NCBI GenBank assembly: GCA_038215615.1
Contig: JBBQQR010000002.1
Location: forward strand, 32,001 to 96,000
Direction of reading: 5' to 3'
Length of the DNA: 64,000 nt
From: Vulcanimicrobiales bacterium
GTDB lineage: Bacteria; Vulcanimicrobiota; Vulcanimicrobiia; Vulcanimicrobiales; Vulcanimicrobiaceae
Position 1 is the stretch's first letter. Every line of letters begins with the position of its first letter. A program made the translations under genes and the position numbers. Shown piece by piece: positions 37,831-47,600 of the stretch. The notes beneath the pieces are model-generated. The model was not told where the DNA came from, searched no databases, and saw only the letters and a list, made by a program, of their open reading frames with translations.

Positions 37831-38506
37831 GGAAGTAGTAACCTCGTTCTTCATCGGTAATCACGACGCCGTTGTCCAAGCGCACGACGCGCCGGCGCAT
37901 CCGGTCGACGACCGCTTGATTGTGCGTAGCGACGATTACCGTGGTGCCTTTGAGATTGATCCGGCGAAGCAATTCCATAATCTCCGTCGTGTTGGCCGGA
38001 TCGAGATTGCCGCTGGGTTCGTCGCACAGCAGCAGTTTGGGATTATTGACCAGCGCGCGTGCGATGGCGGTCCTTTGCTGCTCGCCGCCGGAGAGTTCGT
38101 TGGGATACATGCGGCTCTTGTGCGCGAGCCCGACCAAGTCGAGCGCGCGAGGCACTTGACGCTGCACGTCGCGCGTATGCGCGCCCGTAACTTGCAACGC
38201 AAATGCCACGTTTTCCCAGACCGTTTTGTCGCTCAAGAGTTTGTAGTCTTGGAAGACGACGCCCAGATGGCGGCGCAGCGCCGGGATGCGTCCGCGCGCG
38301 AGGCGGTCGACGCGAATTCCGTCGACGTTGATGTGTCCGCTCGAGGGAGCCATCTCGCGGTAAAGCAAGCGAAGGAGGCTCGATTTGCCCGTTCCGGAAT
38401 GGCCGACCAGGAAGATGAACTCACCCTTGCCGATCTCGAGGCTGACGTTGTCAAGGGCGCGCACTCCGTTCGGATAAACGAGCGACACGCCGCGTAATGA
38501 GATCAT
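37796..38506 (-). CDS. ftsE: Cell division ATP-binding protein FtsE
   Basis: GHSGTGKS, LRRHLGVVFQD.KLL, LSGGEQQR, DEPSGNLD, ATH. Confidence 0.95.
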   Translation of the reverse strand: MISLRGVSLVYPNGVRALDNVSLEIGKGEFIFLVGHSGTGKSSLLRLLYREMAPSSGHINVDGIRVDRLARGRIPALRRHLGVVFQDYKLLSDKTVWENVAFALQVTGAHTRDVQRQVPRALDLVGLAHKSRMYPNELSGGEQQRTAIARALVNNPKLLLCDEPSGNLDPANTTEIMELLRRINLKGTTVIVATHNQAVVDRMRRRVVRLDNGVVITDEERGYYFLGLGQDQILSG

Positions 38507-38556
38507 CGCTGCAAGAGGGTTTTTCAAACTGCCCGAACGGATACCTCCGCTACGTT

Positions 38557-39705
38557 ATGAATCTTGACTTAACCGCAGAACAAGAGGCTATCCGGCGGAC
38601 CGTGCGGGAATTCGCGCACGATCGGGTTGCGCCGCGCGCTGAAGAGATGGACCGCGAGGAAGCGTTTCCCTACGATCTGGTGCGCGAAATGGCCGGGCTC
38701 GGACTCATGGGCCTGCCGTTCCCGGAAGAATACGGTGGCTCGGGTGCCGACACGGTGAGTTACGCGCTCGCCGTCATGGAGCTCGCGCGGGCGGACGCGT
38801 CGACGGCCATTACGATGGCCGCGCACGTCTCGCTTGGAGCCATGCCGTTCTACCTGTTCGGAACGAGCGAGCAGAAAGAGAAATATCTGGTTCCGCTGGC
38901 GCGCGGCGAGCGGCTCTGGGGCTTCGGGCTGACCGAGCCCAACGCCGGCAGCGACGCCGGCAACACGCAGACCAAGGCCGTACTTCGGGACGGCAAATGG
39001 GTCGTCAACGGCACCAAAGCGTTCATCACCAATAGCGGAACCGATATAACGGCCGGCACGACAATTACCGCGGTGACCGGAAAGCGCGACGACGGCAAGG
39101 CCGAGATAAGCAATCTGATCGTGCCGCAAGATGCCCCCGGTTTTTCGCGCAGCAAAAAATATCGCAAGATGGGCTGGCGTGCGTCCGATACGCGCGAGCT
39201 GGTTTTTGCCGACTGCGAGATTCCGCCGGAGAATGTCCTGGGGGCGCGCGGCGAAGGCCTCAAGAATTTCTTGACGATCCTCGATGGCGGCCGGATCTCG
39301 GTGGCGGCGCTCTCGGTCGGTCTGGCGCGCGGTGCGTATGACGAATCCGTGAAATACGCCAAGGAGCGCCACGCTTTCGGAAAACCGATCAGTAAATTTC
39401 AAGCCATCGCGTTCAAGATCGTCGATATGATCACGGAGATCGAGCATGCCGAGCTCATGGTGCTCAAGGCGGCCTGGGAAAAAGATCAAGGCCGCGATTT
39501 CGTTCAGAGCGCGAGTTACGCCAAACTCTATGCCGCCGAATTATCGCATCGCGTCGTGAACGACGCGGTGCAGATCCACGGCGGGTATGGCTTCATGGAC
39601 GAGTATCCGGTGTCGCGTATGTACCGCGATCAAAAAATCAACGAAATCGGCGAAGGCACCAACGAAGTGCAGCGTATGATCTTGGCCAAGCTGCTCGGCC
39701 TCTAG
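38557..39705 (+). CDS. Acyl-CoA dehydrogenase
   Basis: LTEPNAGSD, NGTKAFITN, QIHGGYG, YRD.K..EIGEGTNEVQR. Confidence 0.93.
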   Translation: MNLDLTAEQEAIRRTVREFAHDRVAPRAEEMDREEAFPYDLVREMAGLGLMGLPFPEEYGGSGADTVSYALAVMELARADASTAITMAAHVSLGAMPFYLFGTSEQKEKYLVPLARGERLWGFGLTEPNAGSDAGNTQTKAVLRDGKWVVNGTKAFITNSGTDITAGTTITAVTGKRDDGKAEISNLIVPQDAPGFSRSKKYRKMGWRASDTRELVFADCEIPPENVLGARGEGLKNFLTILDGGRISVAALSVGLARGAYDESVKYAKERHAFGKPISKFQAIAFKIVDMITEIEHAELMVLKAAWEKDQGRDFVQSASYAKLYAAELSHRVVNDAVQIHGGYGFMDEYPVSRMYRDQKINEIGEGTNEVQRMILAKLLGL

Positions 39706-40424
39706 TTCTGCACCGCCGTCGACCAGCCTGAGTAATCGCCGCCGAACTCTTCGGCAAGCGTCGTGAGTGCGACGCGCATCTCCGTGATTTTGAATGGATC
39801 CACGGTATCGAGCTTCGCGCACCGCACGGCGTTTTCGCCTGCATCGATTGCAATGCGGTAGCCTTTGTTGGACATAGCGCGCGCAAAGCCGTCGAGCTTT
39901 TCCCGGTCGTCGAAAGTGACGGTGTGTTCGATCGGCCGGCGCTTTTCAAGGTCGTCGCCCGCGTCGATTAACACTTGCAGCGCCTTCATGTCGTTGGCGA
40001 ATGCCATTTGCTGCGCGTCGGGATAAAGATAGTTAGTGTAGATCGCCCAGAGCGGATCGCTGGCGGCGAGCAAGCTGTACGTATACTCTTCGTGTGCGGT
40101 CATGACGCCGGCGACGCGCGGTCCGACATCGTCGCTTTGCGGCCCATAATAATGGAAGGCGCGCATGCCCCGGCCGGTCACGCGTCCAGCTTCAACCAAG
40201 CCGGCCGGCTCGAGCGCCGATGCGAGCTTCTCTTCGATGCGCTGCAAAACGCGGTATTCGTTCGCGCAGGTCATGCCGTGCGGATCAGGCTCTCGTAGCG
40301 TTACGGCGAGGGTGTACGCTTCCGGCTGCCCGGGCCGTGGAGCGCCATCGCGAAGCGCCAGGTCGACTGCCACCGAGATCGGCTCTCCCTCGACGCGCGC
40401 AAAATACGATGACCAGTCCGCCAT
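39702..40424 (-). CDS. DUF695 plus RraB-like domain protein
   Basis: GRVT..G.R.F.YY, DP.W..Y..YLYP; L..AGDDL.K.RPIEH...F, GGDYSGW. Confidence 0.75.
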   Translation of the reverse strand: MADWSSYFARVEGEPISVAVDLALRDGAPRPGQPEAYTLAVTLREPDPHGMTCANEYRVLQRIEEKLASALEPAGLVEAGRVTGRGMRAFHYYGPQSDDVGPRVAGVMTAHEEYTYSLLAASDPLWAIYTNYLYPDAQQMAFANDMKALQVLIDAGDDLEKRRPIEHTVTFDDREKLDGFARAMSNKGYRIAIDAGENAVRCAKLDTVDPFKITEMRVALTTLAEEFGGDYSGWSTAVQN

Positions 40425-40510
40425 GCCCGATCTTTCTTCCCCAAAGGCCGCCCAGCCCGTCCTTTCGAACCTTGATTGCTAGCGGCCGCATCAACAGCTA
40501 AGGAGAGTTC

Positions 40511-41050
40511 ATGTTTCGTCGTCTTTTTCTCGCCGCCGCATTGTCGGCGCTCGCTTCCGCACCCGCTCTGGCAAGCTTGCCAACCGGTGCTACGGCCCCG
40601 GATTTCAAAGCGCAGGCTTCGCTCGGCGGCAAAGTCTTTGATTTCAATTTAGCCGCCGCGCTGAAAAAGGGGCCGGTCGTTCTGTATTTTTATCCCGCGG
40701 CGTTTACGAAGGGCTGCACGATCGAAGCGCACGACTTCGCCGATGCCGTAGACCAATATAAGAAGCTGGGCGCGACCGTGATCGGCATTTCGCACGATAC
40801 CATCGACACGCTGAATAAGTTCTCGGTGAGCGAGTGCCGCAGCAAGTTCGCCGTCGCGGCTGACCCTGCGCTGACGGTTGCCAAAGCCTACGACGCGGTT
40901 TTGGCGCAAGCTCCAACCTACGCGAACCGGACCTCATACGTGATCGCGCCCGACGGGAAGATCATCTACACCTATACCGATTTGAACCCCGCGATGCACG
41001 TCACCAACACGCTGCAGGCGCTGCAGCAGTACGAGGCGTCCCGGCACTAA
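40511..41050 (+). CDS. Exported peroxiredoxin (BCP/PrxQ type)
   Basis: MFRRLFL signal; LYFYPAAFTKGCTIE peroxidatic motif; RTSYVIAPDG. Confidence 0.9.
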   Translation: MFRRLFLAAALSALASAPALASLPTGATAPDFKAQASLGGKVFDFNLAAALKKGPVVLYFYPAAFTKGCTIEAHDFADAVDQYKKLGATVIGISHDTIDTLNKFSVSECRSKFAVAADPALTVAKAYDAVLAQAPTYANRTSYVIAPDGKIIYTYTDLNPAMHVTNTLQALQQYEASRH

Positions 41051-41058
41051 CGCGCGGC

Positions 41059-42174
41059 TTAGCCGGCGGTTTTGCGCTGCTGCGCGTCGAGAGCGGTGAT
41101 CTCACGCGTGGCGAGTTCGACCGGCACGAGCTCGGGAAGTTCGGCGTCCGGCAGCGATGCGAGCTCGCGGATCTTGCGACCCTGTGGAAGTACCCGGCTC
41201 TCCATCGATCCGACCGCGCTGTTATAAGCGCCGACCGCTTTTTCTAGGCTCGATCCGATCGACGCGATATGCCCGGCGAATGCACGCACACGATCGTAGA
41301 GCACCCGCGCGGCTTCGGCGATTTTCTTGGCGTTCTCTTCCTGCTGACGGTGTTGCCAACCAAGCGCGTACGAACGAAGCAGACCGATCATCGTCAGCGG
41401 GCTTGCGATGTAGACGTCTTTGCCGGCGCCGTATTCGATCAGATCGGGATTCTCCGTGCAAGCCGCGCTCAAAAACGCTTCGCCCGGCACGAACATCACG
41501 ACGAAATCCGCCGAGCGTTCGGCGCGCTGGTAGTTGCGGCGAGCCAGCTGATCGACGTGGTTCTTGAAAGCGGCCGCGTGCGCGCGGAAACGCTCGCGCC
41601 GTCCCGCTTCGTCGGGAAGTTCGACGGCCTCGAGAAAAGCGTTGAGCGGAACTTTCGCATCCACAAAAATACGCGAGTTTCCGGGAAGCTGCACCGTTAA
41701 GTCGGGCCGTCCGCGATCTTCACCGGTCTGCAGCGTCTGCTGCTCTCCAAAATCGCAGTAGGCTTCCATCCCCGCGAGTTCGACCACGCGGCGCAGTTGG
41801 ATCTCGCCCCATTTTCCGCGGGTCGTCGGGTTGCGTAACGCGGCGGAAAGCTGCGTCGCCGCCGTCTCCATTTTGCCGCTGCGATCGATTAGACCGGATA
41901 TTTGCTCGCGCAGGCCTTCATACGCTCCGGAACGCTTTTCTTCCATCTCGCGCACGAGCGCGTCGAACTCGGTGAGTTTTTGCTGCACGGGCGATACGAT
42001 GGCTGCAAACTTCTCGTTGGCTAGCGTCAGAAACGAGTCACGCTGCATCTCGGCGACGCGTGCGTTGGCTTCGTGCAGTTCGGCTTTGAGCCGCCCCGCC
42101 GCAAACCACATAATCGCCGCACCCGCAGCGACGCCGCCGAACAGTGCGAAGAGGACGGCGAACGAGATCGTCAC
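41059..42174 (-). CDS. rmuC: DNA recombination protein RmuC
   Basis: RGKWGEIQLRRVVE.AGM, RPD..V.LP, DAKVP, DFVVMFVPGE. Confidence 0.93.
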   Translation of the reverse strand: MTISFAVLFALFGGVAAGAAIMWFAAGRLKAELHEANARVAEMQRDSFLTLANEKFAAIVSPVQQKLTEFDALVREMEEKRSGAYEGLREQISGLIDRSGKMETAATQLSAALRNPTTRGKWGEIQLRRVVELAGMEAYCDFGEQQTLQTGEDRGRPDLTVQLPGNSRIFVDAKVPLNAFLEAVELPDEAGRRERFRAHAAAFKNHVDQLARRNYQRAERSADFVVMFVPGEAFLSAACTENPDLIEYGAGKDVYIASPLTMIGLLRSYALGWQHRQQEENAKKIAEAARVLYDRVRAFAGHIASIGSSLEKAVGAYNSAVGSMESRVLPQGRKIRELASLPDAELPELVPVELATREITALDAQQRKTAG

Positions 42175-42190
42175 CCTGGAACGATTCGCG

Positions 42191-43045
42191 CTACGCTGTT
42201 AAATACTTTGTGAAAAAGGCCGACGCGCGGCGCCAGCTGCCTTCGGCAGCATCTGCCACATACGAAGCTCGCTGGTCATCGAAAAACGCGTGCCCTGCGT
42301 CGTCGTAGATAACGATGTCATTGGGAACGTGCAAGCCTTTTTCGAAAGCATGCACGCTGTCGGCCGGGATGCTCGTGTCACGACCTCCGTAGCTTCCCAG
42401 CACCGGCATCGTAACCGCGGCGGGATCGACTCCCGCGGGATTGCCATACCACGCGCTCGCGGCGGCAAAAATGTCGGGGTTATCGATCGTTTGGCGAAGG
42501 GCGATCGCGCCGCCCATGCAAAACCCCGCGACTGCAAGGCGCGCACGTTTCTGACGCGCCTTCAACCACTGCGCTCCCGAACGGAGATCGCTCGCCACTT
42601 GCGGACGATCGAGTTTTTGCGCGAACGGTCTGAAGACCGAGAAATCATTCGCGCCGTCGCCGGCCGGCGCGCCGAGCCGTCCGTATAAGTCGGGCCCGAT
42701 CGCGGCCAAGCCGGCTTTCGCGAGCCGCCGTATAAAATCGCGGATGGACGTGTCCACTCCCCAGATGTGCATCGAGACGACGATGCCCGGAGAGGTTGCG
42801 GTCGCGTTGCGAGGCACTGCCGCGTACGCCGTAATCGCGCCGGCGGGGCTCTCCAGCCGGACGTGCTCGACCCAAATGTTTGGATCGTCTTCCGAAACGA
42901 GCGGGGGATGCGGCTTTCCGAGTTCGGTCTGGGCAAACGCGGTTCCCAGCGCCGCCGTGCCGGCTGCGGTTGCAACCGCAGCGCCGAGGAACGTCGATCG
43001 CGGGTAATTCGGATCGGTCGAACGCATGGGATCGATATCGTGCAC
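42191..43045 (-). CDS. Dienelactone hydrolase family protein with Tat-like leader
   Basis: GFCMGG nucleophile, GGRD, AGHAF; N-terminal PRSTFLGAAVA; start uncertain. Confidence 0.88.
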   Translation of the reverse strand: MHDIDPMRSTDPNYPRSTFLGAAVATAAGTAALGTAFAQTELGKPHPPLVSEDDPNIWVEHVRLESPAGAITAYAAVPRNATATSPGIVVSMHIWGVDTSIRDFIRRLAKAGLAAIGPDLYGRLGAPAGDGANDFSVFRPFAQKLDRPQVASDLRSGAQWLKARQKRARLAVAGFCMGGAIALRQTIDNPDIFAAASAWYGNPAGVDPAAVTMPVLGSYGGRDTSIPADSVHAFEKGLHVPNDIVIYDDAGHAFFDDQRASYVADAAEGSWRRASAFFTKYLTA

Positions 43046-43080
43046 GGCGTACTCCTAGCTCAAGCCAGAAAGGTGAGTTC

Positions 43081-43764
43081 ATGAATCGCGCTTCGTTCCT
43101 TTCCACCTCGGTAGCCGCTGCCGCTATCGTCCCGGGCGGTTCCGCTCTCGTCGAACGCCGCGCCGACTTCGACGAGGCCGGATTCGTTCGCGCCATCAAC
43201 CGTCCGGCAGACGTGCGGCAGGTGTGGGAAGCCGTGTCATTCCACCCGGCGGTTCTTAACAACGTCAAGAACGGCCTCAACGGACTGCAGTTTGGATTCG
43301 GCTATCCCGCTGATCGCCTCGCGATGGCGTTCGCGCCGCACGGACCGTCGAGCGCTTATAACTATAGCGACGAGATTTGGCAGCGGTACAAGATCGGGGA
43401 AGCGCTCGGATTGAGGGACGCCGCGGGTAATACGGTCACGAGCAACACGTTCCTCGCGCCGACGCAAGCGTTCGTCAACACGCCCGATCCGGAAGATCCG
43501 TTCGGCTTCTATCAGGACACGTCGATCGTTACGCTGCAAGATCGCGGCGTGGTCTTCTTGACGTGTCACACGGCGGTTGAAGAACAGGCCCGTACGATCG
43601 TCAAGAAGGGCTTCGCGCCTGACGGCATGACTCCGGAAGCCGTTGCCGACGACATCCTCACGCATTTGGTTCAAGGAACGCACGTAGTGCCGGCAATGAT
43701 CGCGGCTATTGCGGTGCTGCAGCAACGCTATCACTACAGCTACGTCACGATGACGTTCGCATGA
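43081..43764 (+). CDS. Exported DsrE-like protein, possibly of the heme-free thiosulfate dehydrogenase family
   Basis: AAAGGTGAG SD; MNRASFL leader; N.LNG.QF, PHG, D.IW..Y, LQDRGVVFLTCH.A, VVPAM. Confidence 0.55.
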   Translation: MNRASFLSTSVAAAAIVPGGSALVERRADFDEAGFVRAINRPADVRQVWEAVSFHPAVLNNVKNGLNGLQFGFGYPADRLAMAFAPHGPSSAYNYSDEIWQRYKIGEALGLRDAAGNTVTSNTFLAPTQAFVNTPDPEDPFGFYQDTSIVTLQDRGVVFLTCHTAVEEQARTIVKKGFAPDGMTPEAVADDILTHLVQGTHVVPAMIAAIAVLQQRYHYSYVTMTFA

Positions 43765-44540
43765 AAAAACTCGCGCTGTTCTTCACGGTTTGCGTGTTGG
43801 CCGCGTGCGCGGGGCAGCCGCCGGCACAAGCGCCAGTCTACGACGAGAAAACTCTTCCGGCCGGCGCTTCCGGCGATGTGATCCGCTACGGCCGCGAATT
43901 GATCGTCAACACACGCGCGCACATGCACGGCTACGTCGTCGCGAACTTAGATTGCGCGGCCTGTCACATCGCGGGCGGAACGAAACCCAAAGGCGGCAGC
44001 TTCGCCGGCATCTACGGGCAATTTCCGCAGTGGAACGCGCGCGCGCACCGCACGATCGCGCTGCAAGACCGGCTCGCGGAGTGCTTTCTTTACAGCATGA
44101 ACGGCAAGCCGCCGTCATACAACAGCCGCGAAATGATCGCGCTGGTTGCGTACATCGCCTACTTGTCGCGCGGAACGCCCGTCGGCGCAACGCCCGATCC
44201 GTCGGTAAGGTTAACGAAGTTCGCGCCGCCGCAGCCGGCGAGCGCGCAGCGCGGAGCGTCGCTGTACGCGCAGAAGTGCTCGGCCTGTCATGGGGCAAGC
44301 GGCGCCGGCTCGGCGGCTCCGCCTCTCTGGGGCCCGACGTCGTTCAACGGCGGGGCGGGCATGCACCGGCTTTGGACCATGGCTGCGTTCGTGCGGTATA
44401 ACATGCCTGGGGACGCGCCCGGCTCGCTCACGCCTCAGGAGGCGTACGACGTCTCGGCCTTCGTCCTGGGCCACGCGCGGCCCAAGTTCCAGGGGGCCCG
44501 CCCGGTCGGGTTTCCGGTCCGTCCGGCCAAGTATTTCTGA
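43761..44540 (+). CDS. tsdA: Diheme cytochrome c thiosulfate dehydrogenase TsdA-like lipoprotein
   Basis: LAAC lipobox, CAACH and CSACH, RLAECFLYSMNG active-site Cys, PPLWG..SFN.GAGM, NMP. Confidence 0.8.
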   Translation: MKKLALFFTVCVLAACAGQPPAQAPVYDEKTLPAGASGDVIRYGRELIVNTRAHMHGYVVANLDCAACHIAGGTKPKGGSFAGIYGQFPQWNARAHRTIALQDRLAECFLYSMNGKPPSYNSREMIALVAYIAYLSRGTPVGATPDPSVRLTKFAPPQPASAQRGASLYAQKCSACHGASGAGSAAPPLWGPTSFNGGAGMHRLWTMAAFVRYNMPGDAPGSLTPQEAYDVSAFVLGHARPKFQGARPVGFPVRPAKYF

Positions 44541-44627
44541 AAGGTGCGACCGCGCAGGTTGCATCCGATAGCCAAAACGGGGCAATCTTGGGAAGGGCCC
44601 TTATAGTGGTAGACGGAGACAACATTC

Positions 44628-47600
44628 TTGCCTGACACCCTGGTGCGGATCGTTTTGCCCGAGATGGGCGAGTCGGTGACCGAAGGTTCGGTCGTCGCCT
44701 GGCGTAAGCAGCCCGGCGACTTTATCGCTGAAGGCGATCCCCTCGTTGAGATCACGACCGACAAAGTCGACGTCGAAGTTCCGTCGACGGTTTCGGGCGT
44801 CGTGAAGCAGCTGCTTGTCGCCGAAGGCGATACGGTAGCCGTCGGCGCGGCGCTTGCCGAAATCGATACGACCGCCAAGGCGCCCGGCGCGGCGAAAGCT
44901 CCGGCGCCGGTTGCCGCAAAAAGTGCGCCGCCCAAACCGCCGGCATCCGCCCCGTCGTCTCCGCAGGCAAAGCCCAACGGCGCCGTCGTTGCAACTCCGC
45001 AAGCCAAACGTTTCGCGCGGCAACTCGATGTCGATCTCGCGCGCGTGCATGGAAGTGGACCCGGCGGATTGATTCTGCGCGAAGACGTCGACCGTCAAGC
45101 CGAAATTTTGCCGCCGGCAAGCCGCGGCGCTCAGCTGCCGCCGTTGCCGCCGCTGCCCGCGAACGCGCAAGTCACGCCGATAAAAGGTCCGGCGGCCGCG
45201 CTGGCTTCCTACATGGAGCAGAGCCTATCGATTCCGACCGCGACAAGCTTCCGCACGATCGCCGTCGATACGCTCGACGCGCGCCGGCGCGACCTCAACG
45301 CGGGCATAAAAGCCGCCGGCCGCTCGGAGAAAATTTCATTTACGCATGTGATTGCGTACGCGCTCGTGCGCGCGGCGCACGAGATGCCGTTCATAACCGC
45401 GCACTTCCGCCGCGACGGAAACCAGCCCGTACGCGTGGAGCCCGGCGTCCATTTAGGTTTGGCCGTCGACGCGGAAAGAAAAGACGGATCGCGTTTTCTG
45501 GTCGTGCCGGTCATCAAAGATGCGTCGTCTCTTGATTTCGCCGCTTTCCGTAACGCCTACGAAGATCTTGTGGCGAAAGCGCGGGCTAACAAGCTCGCGG
45601 CCGACGATCTGCAAGGCGCATCTTTCACGCTAACCAATCCGGGCGGGATCGGAACCGCTGCTTCGGTGCCGCGCCTGATGCCCGGCCAAGGCGCGATCAT
45701 CGCAGCGGGCGCGATTGGCTATCCGCCAGGTTTTGCCAAAGCGAACGAAGCGTCGCTCAAGTCGCTCGGAATGACCAAGATCATGCAGATGACGTCGACG
45801 TACGATCACCGGGTGATCCAAGGCGCACAGTCGGGGGATTACCTCAAACGTATCGACGAGCTGCTCCAAGGCAAAGACGGATTTTATGAAACGCTCTTTG
45901 CGTCGCTCGGCTTGCAGATGAGCGACTTTCTTGAGGGCCGCAGTCCTGAGCGAGCGTTCAGCGAGTCGAAGGGGGCATCGGACGAGATGTTGCGCGCGGT
46001 GGCGGCCGGCATGGCGCTGGTCGCGGCATACCGCACGCACGGACATCTTGCAGCGCATTTGGATCCGCTCGGATCTCCCCCGCCGGGCGATCCGTCGCTC
46101 GAACCGGCGAACTGGGGACTCACGCCGGCGCTGCAATCGGCCGTTCCCGCGTCGGTGCTGCGCGTCAAAGTTCCGGGAAATACGCTGGCCGACGTGCTGC
46201 CGCAGCTGCGCGAGACGTACAGCTCCACGATTGCTTACGAAGTCGAGCACATCTCGAACACCGAGCAGCGCGAATGGCTGCGCGATGCGATCGAGTCGGG
46301 GCGCTACAAGATCACATTCTCCGACGATCGCAAAATCGATCTGCTGCGCCGTCTGACACGCGTCGAGAGTTTCGAGCGCTATCTGCGCAAAACGTTCTTG
46401 GGGCAAAAGACTTTTTCGCTCGAAGGTCTCGACGCGATGGTTCCGATGCTCGAAGAGTTGTTGGCGCTGATCGCCGCCGACGGGACGCAGGCCGCGGTCA
46501 TTGGCATGGCTCACCGCGGTAGGCTCAATACCATCGCGCATATTTTAAACCGGCCATACGAAGAGATCCTGACCGAATTCGAAGCTGCGCACGAACGTGG
46601 CGAGCTCGGTTCGGCCGACGTGACGGGCGACGTGAAGTATCACCAGGGCGCCGAAGGCGTTTTTGAAACGCCCGACGGTAAGAAAGTTCGCGTCACGCTT
46701 TCCAACAATCCAAGCCATCTCGAAGCGGTCGATCCTATCGTGGAAGGAACCGCGCGCGCGCTTCAAACCGATCACTCGTTACCGGTCGCGCAATTGGATG
46801 CGAAGAAGGCAGTGCCGATTCTGATACATGGCGATGCCGCGTTCCCGGGTCAAGGCGTCGTTGCCGAGGTTCTAAATCTGCAGTCGCTCACCGGATATTC
46901 GACCGGCGGCACGGTGCACATTATCTCCAACAACCAGATCGGATTTACAACCGATCCGCGCGATGCGCGATCCACGCGCTATGCCTCGGATTTGGCTAAG
47001 GGTTTCGACGTGCCGATCGTGCACGTCAATGCCGACGACCTCAGCGCCTGCATGTGGGCAGTCCATTTGGCCGCCGAATTCCGGCGCCGCTTCGGGCGCG
47101 ACGTGCTGATCGACGTCATCGGGTATCGCCGCTTCGGCCATAACGAACAGGACGAGCCGGCGTACACGCAGCCGGCGATGACCGAGAAAATCAAAGCGCA
47201 TCCGACCGCGCGCGATCTTTTTGCCAACAACCTTGTGGCGCAAGGCGTCCTTGCGGCCGAGCGCGTTGCCGAGCTCGCGGCCGATGCGGCCGCTCATCTG
47301 CAAGAAACGCACCGCACGGTCAAGAGCGGAAAACATAACGTCGCCGGAATGCTCGCGAAGATCAGCGGAACGGCGCCGATTGAGGCGGTTCCGCTCGTCG
47401 CGGCGGGCAAGGATCGTTTGCTTGCGTGGACCCAGGAACTCACGCGCGTGCCGGACGGTTTTTCCGCGAACAAGAAGTTGCAGGCGCAGTTCGAGCGGCG
47501 TCAATCGACAATCGCACAAAAAGGTCTGGTTGATTGGGGAATGGCCGAGGCGCTCGCGTTTGCCTCGCTGCTAACGCAAGGTACGCCGGTGCGCTTAACG

